Positions 51,849-64,000 of a DNA stretch of 64,000 nucleotides are shown one piece after another. Origin of the DNA: Camelus ferus (Eukaryota); the NCBI RefSeq assembly GCF_009834535.1, contig NC_045696.1, positions 96,288,001-96,352,000 of the forward strand. Reading direction: 5' to 3'. The position numbers and the translations under genes were made by a program. The notes below the pieces were generated by a model. It was not told the DNA's origin, did not search any database, and saw nothing but the letters and a program-made list of their open reading frames with translations. Within the stretch, counting starts at the first letter, position 1. Every line of letters starts with the position of its first letter.

Positions 51849-52369
51849 TATGGCTCTGGATGCCTAGAAATCTCACTATTTGCCCCAACCTATTTTTCTA
51901 ACTAATTTGATTTCCTGAAAACATTTACTATTCAGCCGTGTAGGCCTCCCTCTTCTACCCTAGGGGTAAAACTCCTCTTTCTCCCTACTTCTAGAGTTTA
52001 ATTCGGCTTCCAGCCTTGTAGCCTCCAAGGTAGACAGCAAGGATAATTTCTGCCTTACCCTAGACTTCCCCTAGCACCGCCTCAGCCACCAGATTTCTCC
52101 TTATTCATCCATTCCCACTTTCATTCAAACACTCCTATGAATATCCATGCCCTCAGCATCCCAGGAACTGACTGCACTAGGTGCCAGGTACTTCAGTGAT
52201 TCCTAAACAGCTCTCATCCCTGCCCCCGTGAAACTGACCCATCAGTAGATGGTGACAACATGCAAATAAATACATAATTGCAAACTATATACTTATACTA
52301 GAACAGCCTCTGAGGAGGTCGCTGGGCTTAGAGCCCTGAATGATGAAGAAGCAGGCCTGACAGTACTTT

Positions 52370-52590
52370 ATAACAGCAAATATTTGGGTGTTGAATCCTT
52401 GCCATGCTCTGGTCTCAGTGTTTAACTTGTATTATCCATGTTCTCTTCCACCAGCCCTAAGGAGCAGGTATTCTTATCCTCATCTACAGGAGGGGATACT
52501 GAGGCACAGGGAGAAAGAGGATTGTATGTAAACAGCAGAGCCAGGATTCAAACCCAAGCACACTGCCTCCAGAGCCTACCCTCCTAACCA
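52370..52590 (-). mobile_element. MIR
   Basis: atcctcatctacaggaggggatactgaggcacaggga...cagagccaggattcaaacccaagca. Confidence 0.8.
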
Positions 52591-55303
52591 CAGGCTTTGG
52601 TGAGAAGAGCAGGGTGGAACGGTGGAGGTAGGGGTGAACAGGAAGACAGAGCAGCATGTGTAAGGGCCCCGGGGCAGAGAAAAATCAGCCTGAAAGCAGA
52701 AATTGATGAAACTGGGGAGCAGTGGATGGATTGGAAATATCTTTGGGAACTGGAACGGACACGATGTGCTGATAGATGTAGTATAGGGTGTAAGGGAGAA
52801 GGAGGAATCAAGGAGCACTCCCAGTCTTCCAAAGCCCCATTTTCAAGGCTTGAGGACAGTCTATGTTTCCAGAGGGTAAAGTATTATAACACAACATGTA
52901 CTAAAGTCCTCTAGAGTGCTGAGGCACAGCAAGCTCTCAAATGAACAGAAAGCAATCAATCAGGCAGGTTAAAGCTTCCAGTTCCCACCCCCTCACCATG
53001 CTTCTCTGCAGGAGGTCTTCATTCAAGGGCTCCATTCTGTCCCCGGGGGCTATTCTGCAGTGCATTTTTAGCACTGGTTAACAATAATAAAAGCTACAGC
53101 TACAGTAACAAGAATAGCCTGTACCAGGAGGGTTTTTCTCACAAAAATGTAATGCATCTAGAACCAAGGTTCTCAAACTTTTACCAACTTACAAATAAGA
53201 GTTACGCAACTTGCCCAGGGCCACACAAATGCAAAGAGGCTGAACCAGAATCCAAATCTAGGTCTGCCCAACTTGGAAGCCCATGCTTCCTCCACTAAAT
53301 CAGCATTTCCCACAACATGGGCCAGAGCTCTCTGATGGAATACACCAATGATTTTACATGAACTCTTTAAAGTTTTAATAGTTGTTATCTCATTTTCATA
53401 TGAATGACTGTGTGTGTAATATCAAATAAAAACTTCAAATGAGATACACACACGATTTGATATAAATTCTAACATATCTCACAACAAATCCATGACTTTC
53501 TGTCTATTACTGCCGAGGAAACAGAAAAAGCTTCTTAAAAGTTAATTTAAAGAAAACATTAGAATAAAAGTACAGGTGATACAGGGATAGAGAAATCTTG
53601 AGACAACACATAAATAACTGAAGCTTGTGAAACACTGCCCACCACAGCACACCCGAAAACAGCCAAGCACCTGTTCCATATTGTACTCAAATTTGGCTAC
53701 AGCCACACATAACTCTGACTCTGCTCCAGAGAGATAAAATGTTGGTTGCTTGGGGGAAAGGGAATAACATCAGAATAACACAGTTTAGCATCAATCTTCC
53801 TTAACCAATGTTAGTCTTGACATAGATACGGGTTTGCTGTCTGACTCCTCTGCTTACTCACCACACACCTTAAGTCAGCTAAGTTTTCCTGGGCCTCAGT
53901 TTCACTTTGTCAAGAGAAAGTTATAAAAAGGAGGCTCTAAGACCCTTTCTAGTTTTAAAGTTCCATAAAATGTCATAAACTCCTAAAATCTAAAATTATT
54001 CTTTCTAGAATCAGAGAGGCCCCAATCCTGAGTGAGTGTCAACTTGAGGAATAAAGACTAATAGGCCCACACAGCAGCCCAGGCCACCATCTCTTAACTA
54101 GAGATGCTATCAGTTATGCTGCCTCTGGAAAGAGGTGACAGGACATTAATTACAAGACTATAAAGATCAACCAATCAATGTGTCTATCCCCACCAAAACT
54201 TTAAGAATTTCCTGCCACCAATTTTTAAATTATTAACTTTCCTTATACTTGGTTGCTAGCATTTGTTATTTCCAATTCCATAACAATTAACTCTATTCTA
54301 GGTTGGAGTAGCAGGGAGAGAAATGGGTGGGGAAGAAATCTGCAAAACCTCAAACTCCTAGCTTCATGTTAAGCCTCTGCTGAGAACCACCTGTAAAACC
54401 TTCTCAGCTTTAATCTGAATTACTCCACGGATGCTCAAATATGCTTAATGTTCTAAACCTCCAAAAGGAGTTGTCACTCCTTATCTTTCAGAAACATTAT
54501 GAACCAACAGTTTAACCAGAACAAGCATTCTTCCTCTATTATTGAAATAGATACATTTATCAAAAGGACCCCTCCAGGCCTTCTTTACAAAGCCCTTTCT
54601 GTGATGTAAATGTTCCTGTAAACTTTTTTAATAGAAGGTTTTTAGATTCCCAGAAAGAAGTTCTAAAATGTGCTCACTTTGAGTTTAGCTGAAGAAAACA
54701 CAAGATGGGTGGGCTGCAGCTGGCAAACTCAGAAAGCACAGCTGGGTAGCAGGTGATCTTTCAAAAAAAAAAAAAAAAAGGCAAATCCCTGGGCAAATTG
54801 TGTAGCCAGAGGTGACCATTATAACTGGAGAGTTGTTACATAATTACCCGTTAACTACTGCCAAGCATATACATGTCTACAAAATGCCATGGTTACTCTA
54901 GCCATTGAAGCTACTGTATCTAGTGCAAGAGTCAAGGTGTTTCCAATTAATTTCATTCAAAGAAATAAGCAATCCCGGGACCTAATCCCTTCCAAGGTAA
55001 CCTGACTGCTTTTACATATACAAAACAGCCTCCAGCAATTAAGCCAATCGCCTCTAGGGATGAAAATCAGCGTTTTCCTTTTATATTGATTTTTAAAGGG
55101 GAGAGGGCAGGCAGAGAGAAGTGCGTTCAGAGAGCTAAATATTCATCACCTGATTAAAAAAAACTTCCACTCCAAACTGGAAAATTTCAACAGAAAAGGT
55201 CTTCCCCCACCCCACCCCCGTCCCTGCTCAGCTGGCGCAAAACCCAAGCCCTGTGTCGGATGCACTGCATTCCAACATTTTTCAAAAAGTTTACGAGCAT
55301 TTA

Positions 55304-55875
<572 letters not shown>

Positions 55876-56728
55876 CTGCAGGCAGGAATAAAGCAGGTTG
55901 GATGCTGCCGCTGCCCCGCTCGCAGACACGCACTGATGGGGGCAGCCTTCGGCGGGCAACCAGCTGCGCTGGAGCCCCGGGACGCACCTCCACAGGAGGG
56001 GCTGGAGGTCCGCCCGAGTCCTCCGCAGCGCCTGCCTCCGGTCCCCCCCCCACCCAACCACCTTGTCTCCAGGGGGAGGAGCAGCTGATGGGAACGTGTG
56101 ACTTTTTTCACCAATGGACCCAAACCCACCCCAGCTGGGTGCAGGATTGGAGGTGGGGGAAGGGCACGGGGGAAAAAAAAACTTTTCTTGGTGCCCCAGG
56201 CGGGTGGCTCAAGTACTCATCCAGGGCGAGGGTGGCCCTCCTACCCAAGAAAGACTGAGAAGCGGCCCACCCCCGCCCCCTCTTCTTCGGCAGAGACCCT
56301 TCCCCCGCCGCCACGCGCCCCGCAGACCCCGCCACCTGGGCGCGAACCCGGCTGGGAAGGAGGGAGAGAGGCCTGGAGGGGGTCGTGGAGACAGGGACGC
56401 AGACGGTGGGGAAGCGGCCGGTGCCTCCTAGACGCCCGCCAGGCTCCGGTGGCGCATCCGCGGCTCGGGTCCCCTCGGCGGCTCCGGGCAGGCGCCGAGG
56501 CGCGCTGCTGGCGGTCGCGGCGGCTGGAGGGGGCCGTGCTCACGGTGGCTCGGGGCCGACTTAACCCTTTGCTGCTCCACCAGGGGCTGGGGAAGCGGGT
56601 GGGTGAGAAGGGTTGGCAGCGAGTGCCGACGGGGGCAGCCAGCCCGCGGGCGTCTCGGCTCCTCCAGCCCGCCGCCCTCCCCGCGACCGTAGCTTTTCCT
56701 CCCTCCCCACCCCCAACCAACAGTTTAC

Positions 56729-57000
56729 CTGTTGGTCCCCGGCTAGTGGGCAGGGGCCGCTGGCAGCGGCGGCACTTCGGCAGCCGCAGCCTCCATGATT
56801 CGGGTTGGGATGAGGGGGACTGGATTTGATCTGATTTGTAAGGTATCAGTCTCGGCCGGACGAGCTCCGGGAACGCCGCGAAGTTTGCCACTGTCTGGGG
56901 GCGGCGGGCGACGCCGGCTCGCAGCCGCCGGCGTTCTCGCCCCCACGGCCCGGGAGCGCGAGCTTCCGAGTTGGCGGACGGCGGCGCGGCGGCCGCACTG
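56729..57000 (-). other. MED12L: Probable non-coding first exon of MED12L (5' boundary approximate)
   Basis: Donor CCAACAG|gtaaac (GT at 56728-56727) inside the CpG island, giving an ~850-nt intron to the 55875 acceptor. The TSS cannot be seen directly. Confidence 0.55.
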
Positions 57001-57564
57001 AGCATGCCCAGCTCAGCGGCCGGACCGCGGAGGAGTTGGCTGCGAGCGCACTCCGATCCGCCTCTCCGGGTTTTCGCAGCCGCAGAGCGCGCAGCCGGCG
57101 GGCCCGGCGCCGAGGCTGGCCCTGGGGTGAATCTGGGCGAGGGTGGGGGCGCCCCCAGGACCCGGCTCCCGGCCACGGGCTGCGCCGTCCGCCTCGACCT
57201 CTTATAAGGTCGCTATCCCTGTGGCCTGGGCCAGAAACCTCACCTGCGCCGGGCGTTGGGAGGGAGGGAGGTGATCCTCCAAGGGAGACCTTGGTCATCC
57301 AATCCGCCCGCGCTCCCAGCTCGCTTTGGGGCGTGGGCGCCCAGATGCTAGGCCACCTGCCGCGAGCACTGAGAGACGGGAGCCGCGGAGGCGAGCCCGG
57401 TCGGTCCCGAGGGACCCCGCGGGAGGCGTGCCAGGGAGGATGCGCCCGCGCTTGGCCAAGAATGATGGCTGCCATTTATGGAGCCCTCGCTTCGTGCCAG
57501 GATCTTGACATTAAAGGTCTCTGCTCCTTTAAAAACAAACAAACAAACAAAAACTTACAGGATT

Positions 57565-57670
57565 TTACTGTACCCGTTTTCTAGATAGAGAAATCGAGTC
57601 TCTTCAGGGAGGCCCAGTGACTTGCTCAATGCCACGAAGCAGACTGCCTGATCCCAAGTTTCTGACCTGT
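57565..57670 (-). mobile_element. MIR fragment at the promoter edge
   Basis: cccgttttctagatagagaaatcgag...agtgacttgctcaatgccac. Confidence 0.6.
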
Positions 57671-58713
57671 TCTCTTGAATTGGAAAGATTGGGTTCCTGA
57701 ACTGCCCTTGCCTGATGTCAGGTTTCCCAAACCTTGAGTAATTTTTCAAACTCTCAGTCCTATCCTCTGTAAGATGGTTCCAGCAAAATCTAACCCAAAG
57801 GCTTCGTACAGCACCTGCTACATAGTAGGTATTCAGGAGATACTGGCTAAATCTGATTATCTATCTACCTCAGCTGACTTTAAGCCAAGGGGGAGGAAGA
57901 AAAGGGTGCATAAATCACAGCAATGTGGTAGGAGGCTAGTTCTTCACTTGTGACTCTAATCTATTAGCACTTCCCAAAGCAGCCTGAGCCCAAATCAGGC
58001 CTGCAGTTACAGGATTCTTTACTCAATCTGAGCAAGTACTTTTAGAGAACTGTTACCTCCACTAAGAGGCATTTCCTGACCATCACTGAGACTTTTCACT
58101 AGTACCTTGGGTGTAACTTCAAGGCTGAACTTGCCTTTGGGATATAAGCATCTATCAAATCTGGTTTTCTTATTGAGAAACAGGACAGTTATCAAACTTC
58201 GTTAGGAAAGTTGTCAAACATACCAAAATGCAGAAGAAATGGCATCAGGAAATCCCAGCTACTCATCTGCCATCTGTAACAATTACCAAAGTTTTGCTAT
58301 TCCTGTTTAATCTCCCCTGCCCCAATACAGTGATATAAACTGGAAAGGCCAATGTTGTTCATTGTTGCAACTTAAGTATACAGCATAGAATCCAGCACAT
58401 GTTAGGCACTCAAAAAAACATTTGTTGGCTAGTGGGATGGATGATAGGTGGGCGAGTGGGTGAATATGTGTGTGGATGGATTGGATGGACAGATCACTGG
58501 TGGTACTTTGGGGATACCTTGTGCTGATATATTAGTCTGGTTGGGAGATATAACCTGAATACTTCGCTTGGAATACCTAGACAACAGCCTCCAACTGGCT
58601 TCCACAAAAGAAAAACTTTTGAAGCACTCAAAATCTTTTCTAGCCATAAAGATTTTAAAATCAAAATGAGTTAGTAATGTGTCCCTAGTGTTTGAGTAAA
58701 AGGGGAAAGGAGA

Positions 58714-58835
58714 GGGGAGGGTATAGTTCAATGGTAGAGTGTCTTCTTAGCATTCATGAGGTCCTGGGTTCAATCCCCAGTACCTCCATTAAAAAAAAAT
58801 AAATAACTGAATGAACCCAATTACCTTCTCCCTCA
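58714..58835 (+). mobile_element. tRNA-derived SINE (vic-1-like)
   Basis: ggggagggtatagttcaatggtagag...gtcctgggttcaatccccagtacctccatt; approximate TSD aaaagg(gg)aaagga. Confidence 0.87.
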
Positions 58836-59284
58836 AAAGGAAAGGAAGAAAGAAAAGAATTCTCTCCTTATTGGTCTCCCTTCTTAATTCCCTCCCTTGT
58901 TTTTAGACAGTTTTGCATGTATTCTTTCACCTTCTCAACATTTGGGGGGGGGGGTAGTGGCAGCTTTAGTACGCTGAGACAGATACCCAAACATCATCCT
59001 TTGACCCCATGGGCTTCCCATGGGCTTTGATTTCCTTACCCTGGCATTTGTACTCTTCACAATCTGCTGCCATCTACCCATCCACCTTTCCTTAATCCTC
59101 ACCCCAGTTAGCTCTCAGTCCTATTTCCAAATATGGAATTTCCCAGGTCTTTCGTTTTCTGATCGCCACTTACAGTCCTTAAGAGTCTGGACTCCGGTAT
59201 AAAGCCAGTCCTAAACTTTTGAAGCACAAAATGATCCTTCAGTTCTTTCTGTACGCTTAAGCACTTAATTTTCATTCCCTACGT

Positions 59285-59955
59285 TTTTTTCCACCAGTTT
59301 GATTGAAAAATAATTGATATCCATCACTGTATAAATTTAAGGCATACAGCATGATGGTTTGACTTATATAGTGAAATGATTACTGCAACAGGTTCAGCTA
59401 ACTTCCACCTTCTTATATAGATACAATAAAAAGAAAACAAAGAAAAAAGGGAACATTGTTTTCTTTTTGTAATGAAAATTCAGGGTTGACTCTCTTACCA
59501 CCTTTCCTATGTATCATGCAGCAGTGTTAACTATAGTCATCATGTTGTACATTACATCCCTGGCACTCATTTTTCTTATAACCCAAAGTTTGTATCTGTT
59601 GGCCACCTTCCTCCATTTCCCCCTTCCCCCATCCTCTGCCTTTGGTAGCCAAAAGTCTCATCTCTTTTTCTATGAGTTTGGTTTTATTTTGATTTTGTTT
59701 TTGTTTTTAGATTCCACATATATAAGTGAGATCATATATTATTTGTCTTTTTCCGTCTGATCTATTTCATTCAGCATAATGCCTTCAAGGTCCATCTGTA
59801 GGAGTTCCTTTTTTACAGCTGAGTAATATTCCACAATGTCTTTATCCATCCATTAATGGATACTTATTTCCATGTCTTAACTATTATAAATAATGATGCT
59901 ATGAACATGCAGGTACAGATATCTTTTAGGGTTAGTGTTTTCATTTCCTTCCCAG
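59285..59955 (-). mobile_element. L1 3' end (L1MA9-like)
   Basis: ttaactatagtcatcatgttgtacattacatcc, tttagattccacatatataagtgagatcat, cagcataatgccttcaaggtccatc. Confidence 0.88.
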
Positions 59956-60881
59956 AAGCAGTCATTCTCTTCTTTGAATACATCATTTATTGGCATGCAT
60001 TCAAACTTGCCACACAGAATAGTCTTGTTCCCCATCTTCACTTGACTCTCTGGCTCTCCTTCCATTCCAAAGTTAGTCTTTAAGCTCACTAAGGCCAATT
60101 AACATGGTAGGCTTAACATAAAGCCACGTGTTCTCTGTTATGCTTGAATTTCCATCACAGTGCTGGTTAATTACAGCCACTAGGCCCAGACTCTTGTTGA
60201 ATAATCTGAGTCTCATTTGCTACTGTTCCTACAAAGGGGCATCTTATCTTTACTTGTCTAGTGACCCCACCCCACCCAGGCCTGGGAACAGTTTGCATAG
60301 AACATGAATTACTCAGAGAACACCAGAGGCTTCCCAGAGGGGCCCCAGCTTAGACTTCAGCCTAACAAGAAGAGATGAGTTCAGGCACCTGAGTAAGTTT
60401 ACTACAGCTGGTGAGGGAAAGGGATCGAAATGGGGCCAGAGAAAGAGAAATTATAAACCATTTTAAGCATATGGGACTTTATCCTCCAAGTATGAAGCCA
60501 AGTCTCTAGCGCTGTTTTTGTGGGTTGATGAATGTTTAAAAGCTTGTAAAAAGAGGTGTGTCCCTTTTTCTTGGGTCACATCCAAGGAATGCTCAAAGAT
60601 CCCTCAGCAACAGGGACCTCCCTAGCTGCTTATGTTCCTTCTCTAAGCCTTGGTTTCAGAATTCTGCAATGAATCCCTTAGAGTTAGGACCCCTTTTGTG
60701 CTCTTGGACGAAGTCCCTTTAAGATAATTCATGGCTGGCTTTCCCTCCCTACTTCTTTAGGGAATACACAGATGTCTTTTGCTTGCATGTACTCTAGGGC
60801 AGGCATTTTCTCACCAGCTTTCTCTCCTTGCCCACCATGGATACATTCTGCAAGCTACAGTTCTTCACCTTGAAGGTTCTC

Positions 60882-61773
60882 AGTGAAGACATAAAGATGG
60901 CCAACAGGCACATGAAAAGATGCTCAATATCACTAATTATCAGAGAAATGCAAATCAAAACTACCATGAGGTATCACCTCACACCTGTCAGAATGGCCAT
61001 CATTAAAAACTCCACAAACAATAAATGCTGGAGAGGGTGTGGAAAAAATGAAACCCTCCTACACTGGTGGGAATGTAATTTGGTGCAGCCATTATGGAAA
61101 CTAGTATGGAGATTCCTTTAAAAACTAAAAATAGACTTACCATATGATCTAGCAATCCCACTCCTGGGCCTCTATCTGGAGGAAACTCTAATTCGAAAAG
61201 ATACATGCACCCCAATGCTCAAAGCAGCACTATTTATAATAGCCAAGAGATGGAAGCAACCTAAATATCCATTGACAGATGAACAGATAAAGAAGTTGTG
61301 GTATATATACACAATGGAATACCACTCAGCCATAAAAAAGAATGAAATAGGCCATTTGCAGCAACATGGATGGACCTGGAGATCATCATTTTAAGTGAAG
61401 TAAGCCAGAAAGAGAAAGAAAAATACTATGGTATCACTTACATGTGGAATCTAAAAAATGACATAAATGAACTTATTTACAAAAGAGAAGCAGACTCATG
61501 GACATAGAAAACAAAAGTATGGTTAACCGGGGGGGAAGAGTTGGAGGGATAAACTGGGAGTTTGGGATTTGCAGATAGTAACTACTATAAATAAAATAGA
61601 TAAACAGCAAGATTCTTCTGTACAGCACAGAGAACTATATTCAATATCTTGCAGTAACCCATAATGAAAAAGAATACGAAAAGTATATATATCTATGTTC
61701 TATAACTGAATCATTATGCTGTACACAAGAAACTAACACAACATTGTAAATCGACTATACTTCAATTAAAAAA
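60882..61773 (+). mobile_element. 5'-truncated, relatively young L1 (ORF2 C-terminus, 3' UTR, poly-A)
   Basis: ORF 60828..61121 reads [41 protein letters not shown], the L1 ORF2 C-terminal region. Poly-A tail; TSD aaggttctc (60873-60881) / aaagttctc (61774-61782). Confidence 0.95.
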
Positions 61774-62024
61774 AAAGTTCTCGAGTCTGGGTCAGAGACC
61801 CCTTCCTCAGATTTATGCAAACTGCAGCAGACAAATGTTATATGCCCAGGCCAGTGGTCCCCTCAAAGCTCTTTTCATGAGCCTTGAGGTGAGGAAGAAA
61901 ACTTTTTTGGCAAAAGGCAGAGGCACAATCACATTTGCAGAGCAGATCTCAGGCAATGAGAGCAGGAGAATGACTTGGAGCACGACGAGCAAGGTGTTGA
62001 CCCTTCAGAAGCAATGGCCCTCTT

Positions 62025-62160
62025 ACCCCTATCTTACAGATTAGCACCTGAGGCTCCAGATGTAGAAGTAACTGGCACAAGGCCACTGAGGTGGCAAGTG
62101 GCAAAGCCAGGATCAAACCCAGACCCCTCTGACCCTCCAGCCTGTGCTCATTATTGCCAG
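62025..62160 (-). mobile_element. MIR fragment
   Basis: atcttacagat..ctgaggctc...agtaactggcacaaggccac...ggcaaagccaggatcaaacccaga. Confidence 0.7.
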
Positions 62161-62679
62161 CGTGCTACATGTATTAATTATCATTTACATAACCCTTAGA
62201 AAAGTGAAACTTGGAAGACAGGTCGGGTATAAGAGAAGCAAAACTCCCGACAGCTCCCTCTGCCATAGTGCATGCTTCCACTCGAGTGGAAAGAAACAAT
62301 TCTCAGTGTAGCGCCTGTGAGTGAAGTAATTAAAGTTGCCGGGTTTCCTCGTGGGACTGATGCTTGGCCAGGTGTACGTATTACTGTGTTTTGTTAACAG
62401 ATTGTCTACAGGCAGTCTTGCTTGCTGTCAGCTTTTCTTATATCCCCATCACATTTAAATGTATTTGTCTCATGCCAGCTTCTGAATCGAAAAAGAAAAA
62501 AATTCCCCCTTCCTTTGAGCCCCTTGAAAAAAAGAAAAGAAAAACGAAAATGACTTGAGAAGGAATCAGAAAAGAGAAAGGAGAAACAGAGGATTAATTA
62601 ACTCCAACCAAATGGAGTTTTTAATATAGTCTTTAGGCTACTTAGATGGAAAGAATACAAACATTAAGACTCCCTAAAG

Positions 62680-62997
62680 CAGCACTGGTAATAGTTATAT
62701 TGCTAGCTAGATATGTTCTTTTAGATTTTCTAGTAGCCACATTAAAAAAGTAAAAAGAAATAGGTAAAATTAATGTTAGTAATACTTTTTTTAACTGATT
62801 GTAAACCAAAATATTGTGTTTCAACATGTGGCCAATCTTTTAAAATGTATTAATAAGACATTTTACAGTCTTTTTTTTTTTAACTATATCTTAGAATCCG
62901 GTGTGCATTTTACATTTACAGCACATCTCATCACAGACCAGCCACATTTCATGTGTTCAGCAGTCACACCTGGCTAGCGGCCACCATATCGGTCAGC
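62680..62997. mobile_element. MER33/MER3-like hAT-Charlie element
   Basis: ttttctagtagccacattaaaaaagtaaaaagaaa, gccacatttcatgtgttca..agtcaca..tggctag.ggccaccatat. Confidence 0.8.
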
Positions 62998-64000
62998 CTA
63001 GAACTAATGTTTCAGGCCTAGTGAACCTGTAACATACGGGATCTTAATAAAATCACTGAGGAAGCAGGTGACTGTCCAAACTAAAAGAACAAAAGGAATG
63101 GGAGGAATAAAACAGGAGAGAGGTGAAGAAGTGAAGAAGACAAGTAAAGGCAACTTGGGAAGACAGTGGATACCCCCAAAAGCAATTAATAGCTCGACAG
63201 AAGTGTCAGGGGGACAAGGACATAGAAGAAAACTCTGGAGACTGAAAATCAAAGGATGAGATAAGAGAGTCTTGAATTAGGAAGCTGAACCCCATTCACC
63301 AGCAAAACGGTGTCTGCTACATTGACAAAAAGAAGGATGGCTGGTTGACTTCTGGAGAGGGACTGCGGCACACAGATGGAAGGCAGAGTCGAGCAGGGTC
63401 ACACACTCAGCTTTTCAGCACCAGACTCTTATTTTGTTCGCTTATCCAGAGCTGTTTAAAGCTCCACAAGGCAGACAAATGCCAAACAAACTCAAGAAAG
63501 AGTTCAGGAGAAAATCAGAATGCTAATTTATTGACACGCAGAAACCAGCCTTTCCAGGGAATGGAAAAGGTATAGTACTCATTCATATCACCCCCTGGCT
63601 AGTTTTCAAGTTTGCTGTAAAACTGAATTAGTAAGCAGAAGTTGAGGAGTTTTTTTTTTGTTTCTTTCTTTCTTTCTTTGGGTTTTGGTTTCGGGTTCTC
63701 TTGGTAAGTATAAAATTAAAGCAAAAAGAATTGGATAATCTCTGGGGAATGTTCACTCTGTGTGCCCCACAGTAGAACTCACCTCCCTTGTGACAGGAAT
63801 GGTACACATGCCACACTTTGGCCCAGAAGTGCCTCTGATGGGCTGTTACTGTCCAACACCTGTATTATTTACTTCATAGCAGAGGTTCCTGGTGGTCCAC
63901 AAACATTTTTTTACTTTAGGTTTGTTTGTTTTGTGCTGGGCTCGCACAGTCACTTCTGGACTCTAGAAAAACCTGCCTGAACCAGGTCCACATTCTCAGG

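Overview
Mammalian genomic DNA, most likely a camelid (five copies of a short tRNA-derived SINE resembling camelid vic-1; no Alu, B1/B2 or Bov-type SINEs seen). The window holds the 5' part of MED12L (Mediator kinase-module subunit 12-like) on the minus strand. It has a CpG-island promoter (~55.25-57.5 kb), a probable non-coding first exon, and five coding exons (99, 105, 192, 160, 170 nt, all GT-AG). These splice into an uninterrupted 726-nt/242-aa N-terminus, and the gene continues beyond base 1. The rest is intronic or upstream sequence filled with L1, L2, MIR, MaLR LTR and hAT transposon relics. I found no new multi-gene system. The best leads are two uORFs in the predicted 5' UTR (one overlapping the start codon), a frame-preserving 33-bp minisatellite with a variable core, an unexplained A-tailed segment that may be an old retrocopy, an intronic CpG cluster with an antisense splice donor, and a candidate CTCF site. 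Exon coordinates are exact; repeat boundaries and subfamily names are by-eye estimates.
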